From the human T2T-CHM13v2.0 reference genome, Homo sapiens, in NCBI RefSeq assembly GCF_009914755.1, contig NC_060934.1: a stretch of DNA of 64,000 nucleotides; one strand, 5' to 3'. Shown piece by piece: positions 1 through 12,958 of this stretch. The notes beneath the pieces are model-generated. The model saw only the letters and a list, made by a program, of their open reading frames with translations. It had not been told where the DNA came from and ran no database searches. Numbering within the stretch: position 1 is the first letter of the stretch; each line of letters begins with the position of its first letter. Both the position numbers and the translations under genes were made by a program.

Positions 1-654
1 CCCTGGGACATAAGCAGGTGAGTCAACAGTTCTAAAAAGTTTCAATAGCTTGTGAAGAGGCAAGACAGCAAATGTTTGTTGCTGGGACCCAATTCCAGGC
101 TGTAACTGCCTTGTTAGACATGTACCTTGAATACCTTGAGTGTCGGACACATTTCTTCCTTGCTTATTCAGTGCTCAGAGCTTCCTGCCATGTTTCAGGA
201 ATGTCAAGTTCTTTGATCTCTCTCTAATTTTGCAACTGCTGTTTCTTCTGCCAGGTATGCCCTGTACCCTGCTTAGTGAAGACACAAATCCTTCATGATT
301 TAGCTCAAATGTCCCATCTCTTTTTGAACTCCCTTAACAACCTGTTAACATCCTCCATTACAGCACTGGCCACATTAGATTAAATGCATTTGCTTGCCTG
401 ACTCTCTTTCCCAGTAGAGTGTGACTTCCTCTAGAACAGAGATTTATGAGTGGTGATCATGGCCTGAGTTAGAAATCTGGAACTGACTAGTGATGGAAGA
501 TGGAGAAGAACAAGAAGGAATGTTTGAGAAATGCATGATTAATGGCTAAGGTGTGTTTCTAGTTCTTCCAGGATTCATGCAACACTGAACCAATGTTTAT
601 TAAGAACTAGGCATAGTACTACAGGCAGAAATAAATGGTAGATAGGAAAAAAAT

Positions 655-990
655 AGTTGTGTGTTTATGTTTATGTATGTGAAGAGAGAGAGAAGAGGAG
701 GCATAGTGTGTGTATACACATCTAGTACAAATATAGCAGGTTTGTACATGTTTACATATATAGTGTGTGTACATATAATGTGTACACATATATACTATAC
801 AGTGTGCTTATATATGTGTGCATATATACAGCATATGTATATAGTGTTTAAATACATCTATGTGTACATATAATAGCATGTAGTCATAGAGTTTGTGTGT
901 ATAGTGTGTACATATATAGCGTGTCTACATGTTACATGCATATGCACATATACATGGTGTATGTGAATATACATGCGTATACACATTGTG
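655..990. repeat. Low-complexity TG/TA/CA-rich degenerate microsatellite
   Basis: Runs of tgtgtacatata-type units. Confidence 0.85.
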
Positions 991-3900
991 CTTATTTACT
1001 AGAATGCAATGCAGTAGGACATTTATAGACTACATTAGGAGATGGTAGGGAGGATATTAATTATAAACAATACAGGTATTTTTTAGTAAAATGAGGAGCA
1101 CCTTGAGGCTTGCCTCCCTATTGTGGTGAAAGAAGAGCCATTGAAGAGAGAAGGAACAGCTGGAGAATGAGGATGGAAAGGAGTTGAGAGAAACCTCACT
1201 AAAGCAAAGCAAGAACCACATTCCAAGATGAGCTGGTTTGTAAATAAAATTCCTCTAAAAAAAAAAAAGAAGAAGAAGAAAAGAAAGCCAAGGAAATGGA
1301 ACACCAAGCAGGGAAAAGTCACTGGATTTGAGAATTAGGAAATTAGTAGGCAACCCAGAGCAAAAGTTTCCAGAGGAATGGGAGTAGAATGACTCAGAGG
1401 TAAAGAAGTAGAATCAAACAAACATAGACTTCTTTCTCTTTATAAAACTTTTGCCTTGAAAGGATGGTGGGAGAAGTAGCTTGTGATGGAAGCAGAACCA
1501 ACAACTTGGCTTTATTTGATTCCCCGGAATATGAGCGAGCACAAGCATGTTTGTGAACAAAAAGCTTTGACCATTCTGAACTGCAGTCCTAGCACTCACA
1601 CTGGGAAGCATCAGTCACAGCAAACACGACTACAGCCAGGATTTCGGATTCATCTAGCACTTTGCGTCTAGTAACTCAAAAATCCCTCACAACAACTCAG
1701 CAAGGAACAGTCTATGATCAACAGATAAGGAAGCTAAGGCAGAGAGGTTAAGTACCTTATCCAAAGCCACTCAGCTAGTAAGTCCCAGAACCCAGATTCC
1801 CACCCAGGTAATCTGGCTGCAATAGTTGCGTTTGTAGCACAGGTGCAATGAAGGATGCAGAAAACAGTCCTTGACCTGCCTCCTGCTCTCCCAGGGCTTG
1901 CTTAGACTGGCCTTGCTCTACCTCCCCTGGCTTTCTCCCCTACCCAGGCAGAGGCTTTGGCAGCCATGTGGAAGTGAAGTAGTGGGCCAGGGTAACACTG
2001 TTTTAGGGGTAGTAACAAAGGAGGAACAACAGAGGGAGGCCATTTGTTGGTGTTGCAGGGTTTGCAGCTCTCTGGCAGTTATCAGAAGAGAAGCACAGTA
2101 TACACCACCAGACCTAAGTTTAGTAGAACTGGCTCCCACTCCTCCTATTTTGTAATCTGGAAAAAAGTACTTAACCTGTGTGGGTACCAATCCTCTATCC
2201 ATAACAGAGGTGATGATGATAATAGTAACTATTCTACATCCCTATGGTGTTGTTGTAAGGAGCAAGTGAGAAATTGTGTGACAGCGCATGCGCATATGAA
2301 CTTTTCCTTTACTATTTTTATTAACAGGTTCTCAAGCTATCTGAAAAATTGCTCATCCTTTCCACTTCCGCGGTTCTACCTCCCAAGGCATTAAAAACTG
2401 TTAAGACATTCGATTGTAAGAAAGTATTTCTAAATCCAAATTGTGCACTTTCCATGTGTATAATTTGCCCAAAATCTAAAATTACCTTATGCAGTGATGC
2501 AACATGATACATTTTTACAATTCTCTGAGGATACGCTGTGATAAATTGTTATTATCCATGATTTACAGGGCAGCTTTGGAGTGCCTACAGCTGCTTACAA
2601 CTCATAGTTGCACCATAGATTCCACACCTGCCTGTTTATCCTTCTCTTCTTACTCCAGGTGCCACGTGCATCATGATAATAATATACTACCGTCAATGTA
2701 GCATTTTCTCCTCACATCTCACTTCCTCTTTTCATGGATTTCACTTTTATAAATCAATATCATCTTTAAATCCCAGCCTGGTCCTGATACAGACAGAGGA
2801 GGAGGTAACTTCAGTCAAGAAGCTAAAGGAACACACACGTTGAAGGGAACATGGGAAAACTGGCTGTGAGCTTCCACATTCTGGGGCATTCTGCCAAACA
2901 TTTGGAGGGCCTAACCATATTTCTTGGGAGTCTCATTTGGCAGACCGTGGAGACCAGGTCTCTAAATGGATGCTTTACCTTTAAACATGACAGTTTGGTT
3001 CAAATATAATGAGCCAAGAATTACACACAAAGCTGCCATTCTTTATATTGTGTCTAAATTGTCTTGATTTTTAACTCTACACTATATATATTCCAAAAAC
3101 AAAACTAAAATGAATAGGCAGGAGTTAGATGGGGTGAGTGATGGGTGATGGGTGTGTGGTTAATAATAGGAATATTTACTGTCATCTGCAAGAACATCTG
3201 GGACACCTCCTCCTTTTCCACATGAGGAATCAGGGATCCAGGGCCAAATTTCACTTTATCTTTCTTTTAGAAAGGGCTGTACCTGCTGCATGTATGTTTT
3301 AATTAAGAAAACTGAATATACAGAAATTCCAGATTTCAGAAGCAATGCTTTGATGTTCATTTGCAGTAGCTATGGATGGATTCATGAAAACAGGGGCTTC
3401 CTCAGAATCCCCTTGCACATCTATCAGCCACTCTAGTGTATACTATTGACTCACCAGTTTTGCAAAGCAAGGCACGCCTCCAATTCTGTTCTTCCCCTAA
3501 TCCATTCCCACAAATAATAAAATGATTGACTGCTCAGCGTTAATCTTTCTATGAAACTTTACAGAGTAATCCTATCATTTGCCTGTTATACAGAAATCAG
3601 CTGAAAAGCATTAAGAATATTAGCGTGTTTTTCCTCCATGAAATTGCTAGAGCACAACAAACAGAGCCCCTTCTCCTGCCTCCTTTTCTCTAACAACCCC
3701 CAACAGAACACCCTACACCCAGATTCCTCTCTTTCCATGGTGAGGCTGATGGAGGCTTAGAAGGACACTTGGTATGCCCGCTCCCTCTTCCCTTTTTTAT
3801 CAGTCAAAATACCAGTGAAACGGAAGTCAATACTTATTTGATTCATGGTTTTTTTTCCTTTTTAAAGCACGAATAACATTTCTTTCAAAATAAATATACA

Positions 3901-4370
3901 GTTCTATAAAAAAATATAAGAAGGTACTATAATTCTTGGTCACTGTCCAGCAGAAACATGTTTGATTGCTTTTAGAGTCAGAAGTCAACACCATCCACAA
4001 AAATACATTCTTTTAGCCAGGTTTTAGAACACTTTGAAACATAGAAAATTCCTTATTCTACAAACAAGTCCTTTTAGAGATATTCTAAATATGCCAGTGA
4101 TGAATGTCTAATTCATATGCAGGATTCAAGGCTATTGAGGTGAGCTAGACTAAGAATACCAAGAACACAAAATTGTATTGATACACAAACAGTATGTAAA
4201 TTACTTTGTCAGATTACAAAAATGCATCAGATTTTATCTATGGTTTTCATAGATAAACATAAAGCAATAAGTTAGTTGCTTTAAAAAAATATATAGCTCA
4301 GGTGTTTCTCTTCATTCAAGTGTGAAAGGCACAGCAGTCCCGAGTCTTAGGGGCACCCACCGCAGCCACA

Positions 4371-5189
4371 TCACCGCGCTGGGACAGATGCAGTCCGCAG
4401 CGTTCCCAGTATTTTGTCCCAGTGTGTAAAGTACGGAGCGAAGTTGCAGTTAAAGTGAGAGTGATGCAGGTCGTGGTGCACCACACCCCCGTACCACCCG
4501 AAGGGCACCAGTCTGTGAGTGGACCAAGGGAAGTTGTAGCCGGAGTGGTCCTCCACGGAAAGCCAGATGTTGACCACGTGGAAGGTCAGGGTGGTGAGCG
4601 GGTGGCACCCGAGCAGTGTGACGTTCATCATGTCGAAGAAGCCCAAAGAAAACAGTTCCCAGACGCTCATATACTGCGTTGCCAGCGCGAACGAGGACGA
4701 GTTCTGGTGGTGCACCTTGTGGAAGGTGCGGTACAGCCAGGGCACCTTGTGGTGCAGCAGGTGCCACACGAAGAACTCCATGTCGAAGAGTAGCAGGCAG
4801 AACAGGATGTGGTGCAGCAGCAGGAGCAGCTCGGGAGCTTCGTGGGGCAGGAGGGCCGGGCTGCGGGCCCAATGCAGCAGCGTCACGGGGAACACAAACA
4901 TCACATGCTGGTAGAGGGTCTGCCCCAGGCAAGGTAGCAGCTGCTGCGCGGATGGCGAGAAGTCAGGGTGGATCTTGTAGCGCCGCAGGGCGGGCACCCA
5001 GGAGCACAGGATATCCAGGACCACGAAGGGCAGGCAAAAGCCCACGTATGTGGTGATGGAGAAGATGACCGGGAAGAAGGGCGACTGTAGGAGGGCCTCC
5101 CAGCTCCTCAGGTGGTCCCAGAGGGGCTGCAGGAACAGCTGCCCGGAGCTGCAAAGGACCTGGGGGTCGGAGCAGTTGTGGCAGCTCAT
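4371..5189 (-). CDS. CH25H: Cholesterol 25-hydroxylase, intronless, 272 aa
   Basis: ATG at 5189-5187 ([10 protein letters not shown]...) to TGA at 4373-4371. Di-iron His boxes HLLHH, HKVHH and HHDLHH of the sterol desaturase/fatty-acid hydroxylase family. The track ORF starts 5 codons early at a non-ATG codon. Confidence 0.99.
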   Translation of the reverse strand: MSCHNCSDPQVLCSSGQLFLQPLWDHLRSWEALLQSPFFPVIFSITTYVGFCLPFVVLDILCSWVPALRRYKIHPDFSPSAQQLLPCLGQTLYQHVMFVFPVTLLHWARSPALLPHEAPELLLLLHHILFCLLLFDMEFFVWHLLHHKVPWLYRTFHKVHHQNSSSFALATQYMSVWELFSLGFFDMMNVTLLGCHPLTTLTFHVVNIWLSVEDHSGYNFPWSTHRLVPFGWYGGVVHHDLHHSHFNCNFAPYFTHWDKILGTLRTASVPAR

Positions 5190-5199
5190 TGCGAGGCTG

Positions 5200-5300
5200 T
5201 GCAAGGCAGCTGAGGCTGCTGCTCGAGTCCCATCGACTTTTCACAGGACTCACGGCCCCGCCCCGAGTGATGTCAGCTGCCTTTCCATCCCTTTCCCGGC
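5200..5300 (-). promoter_or_regulatory. CH25H: CH25H proximal promoter
   Basis: CpG-rich sequence directly upstream of the ATG. GC box GGCCCCGCCCC at 5254-5264 and CRE/ATF-like TGATGTCA at 5268-5275. No clear TATA box. Confidence 0.7.
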
Positions 5301-5689
5301 GATGCGAAGCTTGAATAAGCTAGCAACCCGGCAGAGTGGCCCTTCATTGCTGTAAATGTGCTCATCTATAGCCGCATCTTACCGGCTTTTAGATATGCGT
5401 GTATGCAGTGGCACTTCGTACTTTTCATGTAAGTTCTGATTTTTCAGTTGACGTACAATTAACACGGGACACAATGTACAGATCTACCGTGTGGAGTTTC
5501 TATGAGTTTGGCAACTCAGTTCACGTGTGTCATCACGGGTCTCAAACTAGACCGTTTACATTGCCACCAGAAAGCGCTCCTTTGCAATCAATGCAGAATT
5601 GTTTGTGTTTTTTAATGCATACGTATAACTGCATCCATGTGCTTTCATAAAGACGCAAGCATAATCGCATTTTAAAAACTGTTTAAAGC

Positions 5690-6480
5690 TACATGCGGTC
5701 TGTAGCTCGGGTGTTTTCTGAGAACCCGGTTGCGGTCTATCCAGCGGCGATCGAGAAACGAGCCCTTTGCACAGGGAACCGCTGGTCCCCGAACGCCGGC
5801 GGTGACCGTCAGCTCAGGAAATCAGACGGGAAGGGTGGCCGGATGGGAACCTCCGCCAGCTCCAGCTTGTCCCCAGAGTTTTCCTGGCCGGCGGGCAGCA
5901 AGCTAGAGAGACCACGCACGCAGGCTCTCCGGGAGAGGCCGCAGCCCGGCCGCGTAGCTACCCTCGGCGGCGCGTCCCGGGGCGCCGGGCCCGCGATCGG
6001 AGCCGGAGGCACCGCACAGCGGAAAGAGGGCTCCGCGGCGGCCAGGCTCAGCTTTGCCGGGAAAATGCTGGATTTAACTCCCAGTCTGCGCCAATCTGGC
6101 TAAAAAGCCCGTTGTATCTCAATTTGGGGCGGGAACACTTAATTCAGCAAACCACCTGCGTTGTTCGTCAAGGGAAAGAGATGTGAGTTCCTGAAGCCTC
6201 CCGGGAGGCTATTGAAGGACCAGGTGATGTCGTCACTACCCTACCCTTCCCCTTGTTGGCTTTGCGGGGCCAACTTGCAGTCGCCCTCTGCCACCGGTCC
6301 TTGAATCCACTCCGGGCCCACGGAGCCCGGCTAGGGGGCTAGTCTCTATCCCCTGCGTTTCTCCGCCACCCATCTGGGGTCCTCGGGCCAGGGGCCACCG
6401 AGCACAAGGAGGTCGGTACTAGGAGAGCTCTTGAGAGACCCTGGGAACAGCACAAAAATCCTCGCGTTCAACCCGGGGTC
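5690..6480. promoter_or_regulatory. CpG island upstream of CH25H with a GAS motif
   Basis: Dense CpG and high GC; TTCTGAGAA (TTCN3GAA) at 5716-5724. Confidence 0.7.
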
Positions 6481-8610
6481 TGACACATGACACGATACAA
6501 GGGCCCCTTAGGGGATAGACGTTTTAGACACCAGCTTTGAAGCCAGGGAGCACTCCTAATTCTTGCTTAGTGTCTTGTATCTATGTGGTTGTGTCCAGCC
6601 CTTTACTCCTTGAAGCTTGCATTTTCTTATCCCCCCGATTCCCCACAAAGGGAAATTGGAGTATTAAATGGAAAAATAATAAGTCTACCGTGTAAAGCCC
6701 ACCTACTAGGTGCCACGCATTGGCTAAATGTTTTATCTGAATTGATTTTATCCAATCCTCAAAAAAGCTGGCTTCCTCACCCTGCCAAGAAGTAGGATTA
6801 TTATTATTGCTGTGGGTTTACAGCAGTAAAATCATAGGTCCTAGCACACAGCAAACACACCAAGTAATATGCATGGTATTTTAAATTTGTACTCCACACG
6901 TTACCTAAAGAATAACTGAGAAATTTGAAATTAAAATCAAGTAAGATTATGTAAAGAGAAATAAAAGATATAACGCCATCTATTATGAGGAAAGAACAAG
7001 TACTACAAAAATATGGACCAATATATGGGCCTAAAACTAAGATCATATATGGTATATATGCATACATATGATATATATAATATGCCAATTCATAATATGT
7101 AATATATAAGATATAGATACATATAATAGGCCAATTTGTAATTCAGAATCTCCTAACTGGTGTGTGTCCACTAACTGCCACTGATGGAATACTGACATTC
7201 CTTAGATGCTCATTCCCAGGAGCCCTCAGCAGTAGCCTCTAGCCCTACAGCAGCCTTTTTATTTAACCCAGGGTACTATGAAAACATTATTATATTCTGC
7301 TGACATATTTGCTGTTGATGAGATAAAGGTTCAGAAGCAGTGTTGAGTTTCTTGACAGCCAATACAAAAAGGGAACAAGGGTGAATTTTTCTAATGCTGC
7401 TGCTTTGATTTCTAGATGATAGCAGAAAATAGGTATAATGTAGGCCCCTAGTTGCTTCCAGTTAAACAACCTGTCCTTCCAAGGCTCTCCACCTCTACCG
7501 CCCATGCGCCCCCACCCCCCACAACATCTCCTCCCTTCCCCAGTGTTGTTTTCACTTCACTTTTAGGGTAAACCAGAAACTTTTCTTCTCATTCCGGCTA
7601 GACGTGGTCTTGTCCTTGATGCAGTGTTTCAGAGAAGAGCGTCCTTCTCACTGCTCCAAACGGACCATTAGAGCTCACTTTCTCAACATTAAAATTGGAT
7701 TTCTGCTCATAAGTAAAATATCACTCAAATTTACCCTCAACAGAAGTTAGCCCTCAAATTTCCTTTCAGCACACATTGTCCTTTTCTTGTGGTCTCAGTT
7801 ATCATGCTTGGGTGCTCTGGTTGCGAGAGCAAGAAAGATTTTTTTTTTAAGTGAGTGGCATTAGCAGGTTTGCTTAATTTGGATTTAGCTGCTAGATTTG
7901 CTGTCAAGACTGTCTCCTTTGAGTCCCCAGCCCCAACCAACCCATTCATTTTCTGCTTTGGTGTATCCACCGTCTATCGCTGTTAGAATAATGTCCATGT
8001 GCCAATTACAGAAGGCCGTGGGCAGCAAAACTTGAGAGCGCTGGCTTCAGCCTGCTTTGTCCATACTCTCCCCCGTGACTTTGTGGCACTTTGAAGGATA
8101 GCAACTAGCTTCTCTGCCATCTCTGCACTTGCAGCTGACCAGGACAGAAGTTTTTGTCTAACATACAAATGCAACCATCCCAGGGAAATTGATGAATTAC
8201 AGTCCTGTTAGTTCTCCACTCTATATCATGTGGAATGCTGAACAATATGTCAGGTAACCAAAAACAGCATCACTTAATGGACCAAAATAAAATTGAACAC
8301 TATCAAGTGCTGACTAAGGTGGTATCATTTCTTGAATTTGGCACATGCGCACCTTTAAACAGTTTTTATTTGCACAAAAATGTAATAGCTTGCTAGATGA
8401 ATAGGTCTTTTTAGAGCACAGGGTGTATCTTCTAGGACTTCTTCTCACAGTGCCAAGCATTGCATCTTGTATGTAATGAGTGTTCAAAAGATATTTGTGG
8501 ACTCAAGATTCATTTTAAAGGACATTAGCTCTAAATTGAGGCTAAAAAACAAATCTTTTTTTTTTTTCTGGAGTACTGCTTGATGTAGTTTGGATCTACC
8601 CACCTGTAAA

Positions 8611-8754
8611 GATGGTTTTCCCTAAAACGGGGTGTTTTCTGATTAGAACTTTGGCCACACCATTTCTTGTCCAATTGATGGTTTTCCGCAAAAGGGGGTG
8701 TTTTCTGACAGGTAGCATTAGAACTTTGGCCACGCCATCTCTTCTCCAGTTGAT
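8611..8754. repeat. Imperfect tandem duplication (66-bp and 75-bp units)
   Basis: gatggttttcc...ggtgttttctga...ttagaactttggccac.ccat.tctt.tcca.tt occurs at 8611 and 8677. Confidence 0.9.
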
Positions 8755-10379
8755 CATGGCTTCCTGCATATGGTTTTTATCTTAGTATGGTTTTTCTGGC
8801 GGAGTTGGAGGACAGGAATCTTTTATTTTCTGCTTATCACAGGGGTCAAATCACTTTTCTGAGAGTACAACAGTCAAGTTTGTGCACACTCATCACAATC
8901 TCAAAGTTATGTGGCACCAACTTACCAAAAGACTGTGGATGCTGCTCCCCTTCCCCCAGCAAATAGAACATGTAGTTAGCAAAGCCTGCCATCAATCACA
9001 TAATCCCTTTTTTAAATGACCTTTATGAATTTCTTTTTCTTTCTCAAATTAGGTAAGGCCATTTGGGCATCTGTTTAATCAAAACTGTTCCTGGCTATTA
9101 GAGATGTGTAGTGTTGTGTAACAGGGAAGACTCATAGAGGTGGAATGATCTCGAATATCAAAATCTAATCCTTCATTTTAAAGACTGAAGATTAAAAATT
9201 CAGTCTCAGAAAAGTCAAGACAAGGCTAGCTAGGGATAAAAAGCAAGTTACAGCCAAACTGAGCAGAAAAGGGCCAGGGTTGGTTCCAAGGTAAGTATCT
9301 CTTCAGGAGGAGTTTGGTATTGGAAGGGGTCATTGAAGCTGCTTTTATGTGACACTTTACAAAAGACTCAGAAAACATTAATTAGCCGTGCCAAAAACAA
9401 TAGGAGATGCTGATAAAGAACATGGGGATGTTAGCTTCCTCCAGACACTCTCCTGATGCTCCTATTAGTCCAAATACTGGTGCATATTTGGTTTTAAACA
9501 CTTTCTATTCTGATCCACTTACATGTCGCATTTAAGTGGGCGCTTCTACTCACTTATACTGTTGAAACTCTCATCAACCTCTCTGAAACTTTTAAGGCAT
9601 ATAAAATCATCCCCATTAAAAAGGCATTCCCTTGCCTGTAGAGAAACAAATGCTCGCCTCACCTGTCAAAGGGATTATTGCAAATATTAAAGCTTTATGA
9701 AAAGGCTTTGAAACCCCGTAAGGCACAACACAAAATGTGAAGTATTATTTTCAGTAATGCTAAGACAATTTGACAAAGAGTTTTGCTTGCTTAATTTGGA
9801 ATTGAAGTTCAAATCTGCACCTAGCGCAACATAATGAAATACTGATTGGGTAACTTTTTAAAAATCAGAATAATTACTATTCAAAGTTGCCTTTCAGTGT
9901 CACAACAGATCAGAGTGACTTATCTTTTGAAAATCTCTTAATACATTAAAAAATTAATGACAAGAAATCACATTACAGTGTATTTTTAATGTTTATATTT
10001 AAAAAATTAACACCTTTAATACCCACAAACACAAAATAATCATTATTTGGGGATGTCACTAGTCTAAATTTCAGTCCTATATATGTGTGAGGCCTGAGTT
10101 AAAACCTTTTCCTCCTGCCACCCATCCCCCAACCACATCTGAAGTTCTGATCACTCATTTACCTATTAGGCAAATTTTTATTTTCAGTTTACATTTGAGG
10201 GGCAGGTATTCCTTGAGAACGTTTTCCAGATGTTATCCACTAGGCAAGAATTAATTATACTCCTGAACAGAAATAATACTACCATGGCTGGCCATCAAAT
10301 TCCAACTGGCTCAGAAAGCAACAAAGTTCTCTACCTTCCCTGGTAGATGCTGGAGAAAATCTTAGAAAAAGTAGTGAGG

Positions 10380-11241
10380 ACATGAACAGACACTTCTCAA
10401 AAGAAGGCATTTATGCAGCCAAAAAACACATGAAAAAATGCTCACCATCACTGGCCATCAGAGGAATGAAAATCAAAACCACAATGAGATACCATCTCAC
10501 ACCAGTTAGAATGGAAATCATTACAAAGTCAGGAAACAACGGGTGCTGGAGAGGATGTGGAGAAATAGGAACACTTTTACACTGTTGGTGGGACTGTAAA
10601 CTAGTTCAACCATTGTGGAAGTCAGTGTGGCGATTCCTCAGGGATCTAGAACTAGAAATACCATTTGACCCAGCCATCCCATTACTGGGTATATACCCAA
10701 AGGACTATAAATCATGCTGCTATAAAGACACATGCACACGTATGTTTATTGCGGCACTATTCACAATAGCAAAGACTTGGAACCAACCCAAATGTCCAAC
10801 AATGATAGACTGGATTAAGAAAATGTGGCACATATACACCATGGAATGCTATGCAGCCATAAAAAATGATGAGTTCATGTCCTTTGTAGGGACGTGGATG
10901 AAATTGGAAATCATCAATCTCAGTAAACTATCCCAAGAAAAAAAAACCAAACACCGCATATTCTCACTCATAGGTGGGAATTGAACAATGAGAACACATG
11001 GACACAGGAAGGGGAACATCACACTCTGGGGACTGTTGTGGGGTGGGGGGAGGTAGGAGGGATAGCTTTAGGAGATAATGCTAAATGACGAGTTAATGGG
11101 TGCAGCACACCAGCATGGCACATGTATACATATGTAACTAACCTGCACATTGTGCACATGTACCCTAAAACTTAAAGTATAATAATAATAAAGAAAAGAA
11201 AAGAAAAGAAAAGAAAAGAAAAGAAAAGAAAAGAAAAGAAA
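10380..11241 (+). mobile_element. 5'-truncated LINE-1 (L1PA3-like): ORF2 C-terminus, 3'UTR and tail
   Basis: ORF 10382-10984 is the L1 ORF2p C-terminal region ([18 protein letters not shown]...SLIGGN). 3'UTR carries the older GAG diagnostic. 16-bp TSD AGAAAAAGTAGTGAGG at 10364-10379 and 11242-11257. Subfamily is from recall. Confidence 0.95.
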
Positions 11242-11248
11242 AGAAAAA
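11190..11248 (+). repeat. (GAAAA)n microsatellite derived from the L1 poly(A) tail
   Basis: Pure pentamer run following the L1 3' end. Confidence 0.95.
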
Positions 11249-11493
11249 GTAGTGAGGGAAGAGAGCGTGGGAAGATTTGCAAGCAAAGCCAAGAGTGCCC
11301 TCTTGTGGCATACAAAAAAATGATTTTTAAAAATCACTCGTTACTTGGTAGCCCTTCATTTCCCGGAGTAAACACATTAACCTTGAGAAGAGTTCCAAGT
11401 ACTGCCAAGAGAGAAAGGGAAGAACCGGATGACTGTTAAATAAAAGAGAAAAAACATACACACAATTCTTTGGGCCTATAAGTCTCACTCAAT

Positions 11494-11499
11494 TTTATT
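11494..11499 (-). terminator. LIPA: LIPA polyadenylation signal AATAAA
   Basis: TTTATT on +, ~1.23 kb past the stop, followed on the minus strand by a GU/U-rich element (ttgtgtgtatgttttttctc). Confidence 0.85.
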
Positions 11500-12724
11500 G
11501 AAAAGTTTAAGACTTTAAAAGTTACAAAGTAGTATTCGCCCTGCCTATATTAACCATTAACAAGCATTGTACTGTTAGTGCAGCTAAAGTAATTATATCA
11601 GAAAAACATATCAATTGTCATTTTGTCCACCGGACAGTATTGTAAGGAAATGATGCTGCAAGAAAAGCAGACAAATATGGACTTCCCAACATAGGGACGT
11701 GAAGCAGGTGTATTAAAAATAAGGATGCATATAAAACTAAGACACAAAATGAATCCCTGAGCTGAGTTTGCATCCGAAAACATCACGTTCACACTTCATT
11801 TGGGTGAAAATGAACAAGGACACTTCTCATGGGCAACCACGGGGCTTTGGCTTCACACAGATGTGATCAATAACGACAGTAGCGGGCTCCAAGAGTACAT
11901 TAATCTCAGAAAAAATAGTGGTATAGTCTCCACAGGGATTTGCTTCTCAGATAAGTAGAACTATGGCCTGCCATGAAATTGAGAGCTCATGAATATAGAT
12001 GGTTGAGTGTATCAGTCTTCAAAGCATTTAAAACATACTTTTGTTTTTGTTTTATCAGTGCAATTTGTTTTTGAAGACGCCGGAAAACTATTTCATTTAA
12101 CCTGAGCAATTAAAACGTGTCAAATCACAGCTGTCACAGTTAGGTTTGATAAAATTAATTGTTAGCATCCTTATTACTGGCACAGCTGTGATATTTCTGG
12201 ATTTGACTATGCACCTGCTGCAGGAAAACATGATAAAATGTCATTTAGATCTCTAACTACAAGACCGTTAGACTAGAGAGCTCTTTAAGGCAAGGACATG
12301 AAAACTGCGTACTTTTATACCTCGCTTAAGTCAGTGACAGATTTACCAATGACAACACAATTTTAAAATTCCAACACATATATTACTTTGTCCTATGAAG
12401 GGCAAAAAGTCAATATATTTTAAATTTTAAAAACAGAATGGATATAATGACCTTTTTACACATCAGTGATATTTAAAAGACTTAAAGAGACAATACTATG
12501 GTTGAGACACTGGCTTCCTATTCCAGCCCTAATTAAAGAAAAAATAGCTAGTATGTTTCTAATTGAAACTAGAGTGAACTGGGCATCTTCAAAGTTATCA
12601 TTTTCTTGGATATAAAAAAACAAAAGACCTGGGAAAGAAAAACAAGTGTTTTACAGAAATGAAGCAAACACATTTTCACATGACATAATCATTGACTTGG
12701 TGGTACACAGCTCAAGTCCAGCTT

Positions 12725-12958
<234 letters not shown>

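Noticed and set aside
5190-5204. 5-aa N-terminal extension of CH25H in the ORF track
   Set aside because: Non-ATG start; the known protein begins MSCHNC at 5189.
5190-5215. Possible acceptor (gccttgcacag|) 7 nt before the CH25H ATG allowing a LIPA-CH25H fusion protein
   Set aside because: Short pyrimidine tract and out of frame with the nearest LIPA donor (exon 9).
4422-5355. Overlapping alternative-frame and antisense ORFs over CH25H
   Set aside because: Expected by-products of a GC-rich CDS; no recognisable protein features.
5693-6103. 136-aa ORF divergent from CH25H
   Set aside because: Low-complexity translation of a CpG island; no domain.
10382-10984. 200-aa ORF as a novel gene
   Set aside because: It is the L1 ORF2p C-terminus in a promoterless truncated copy.
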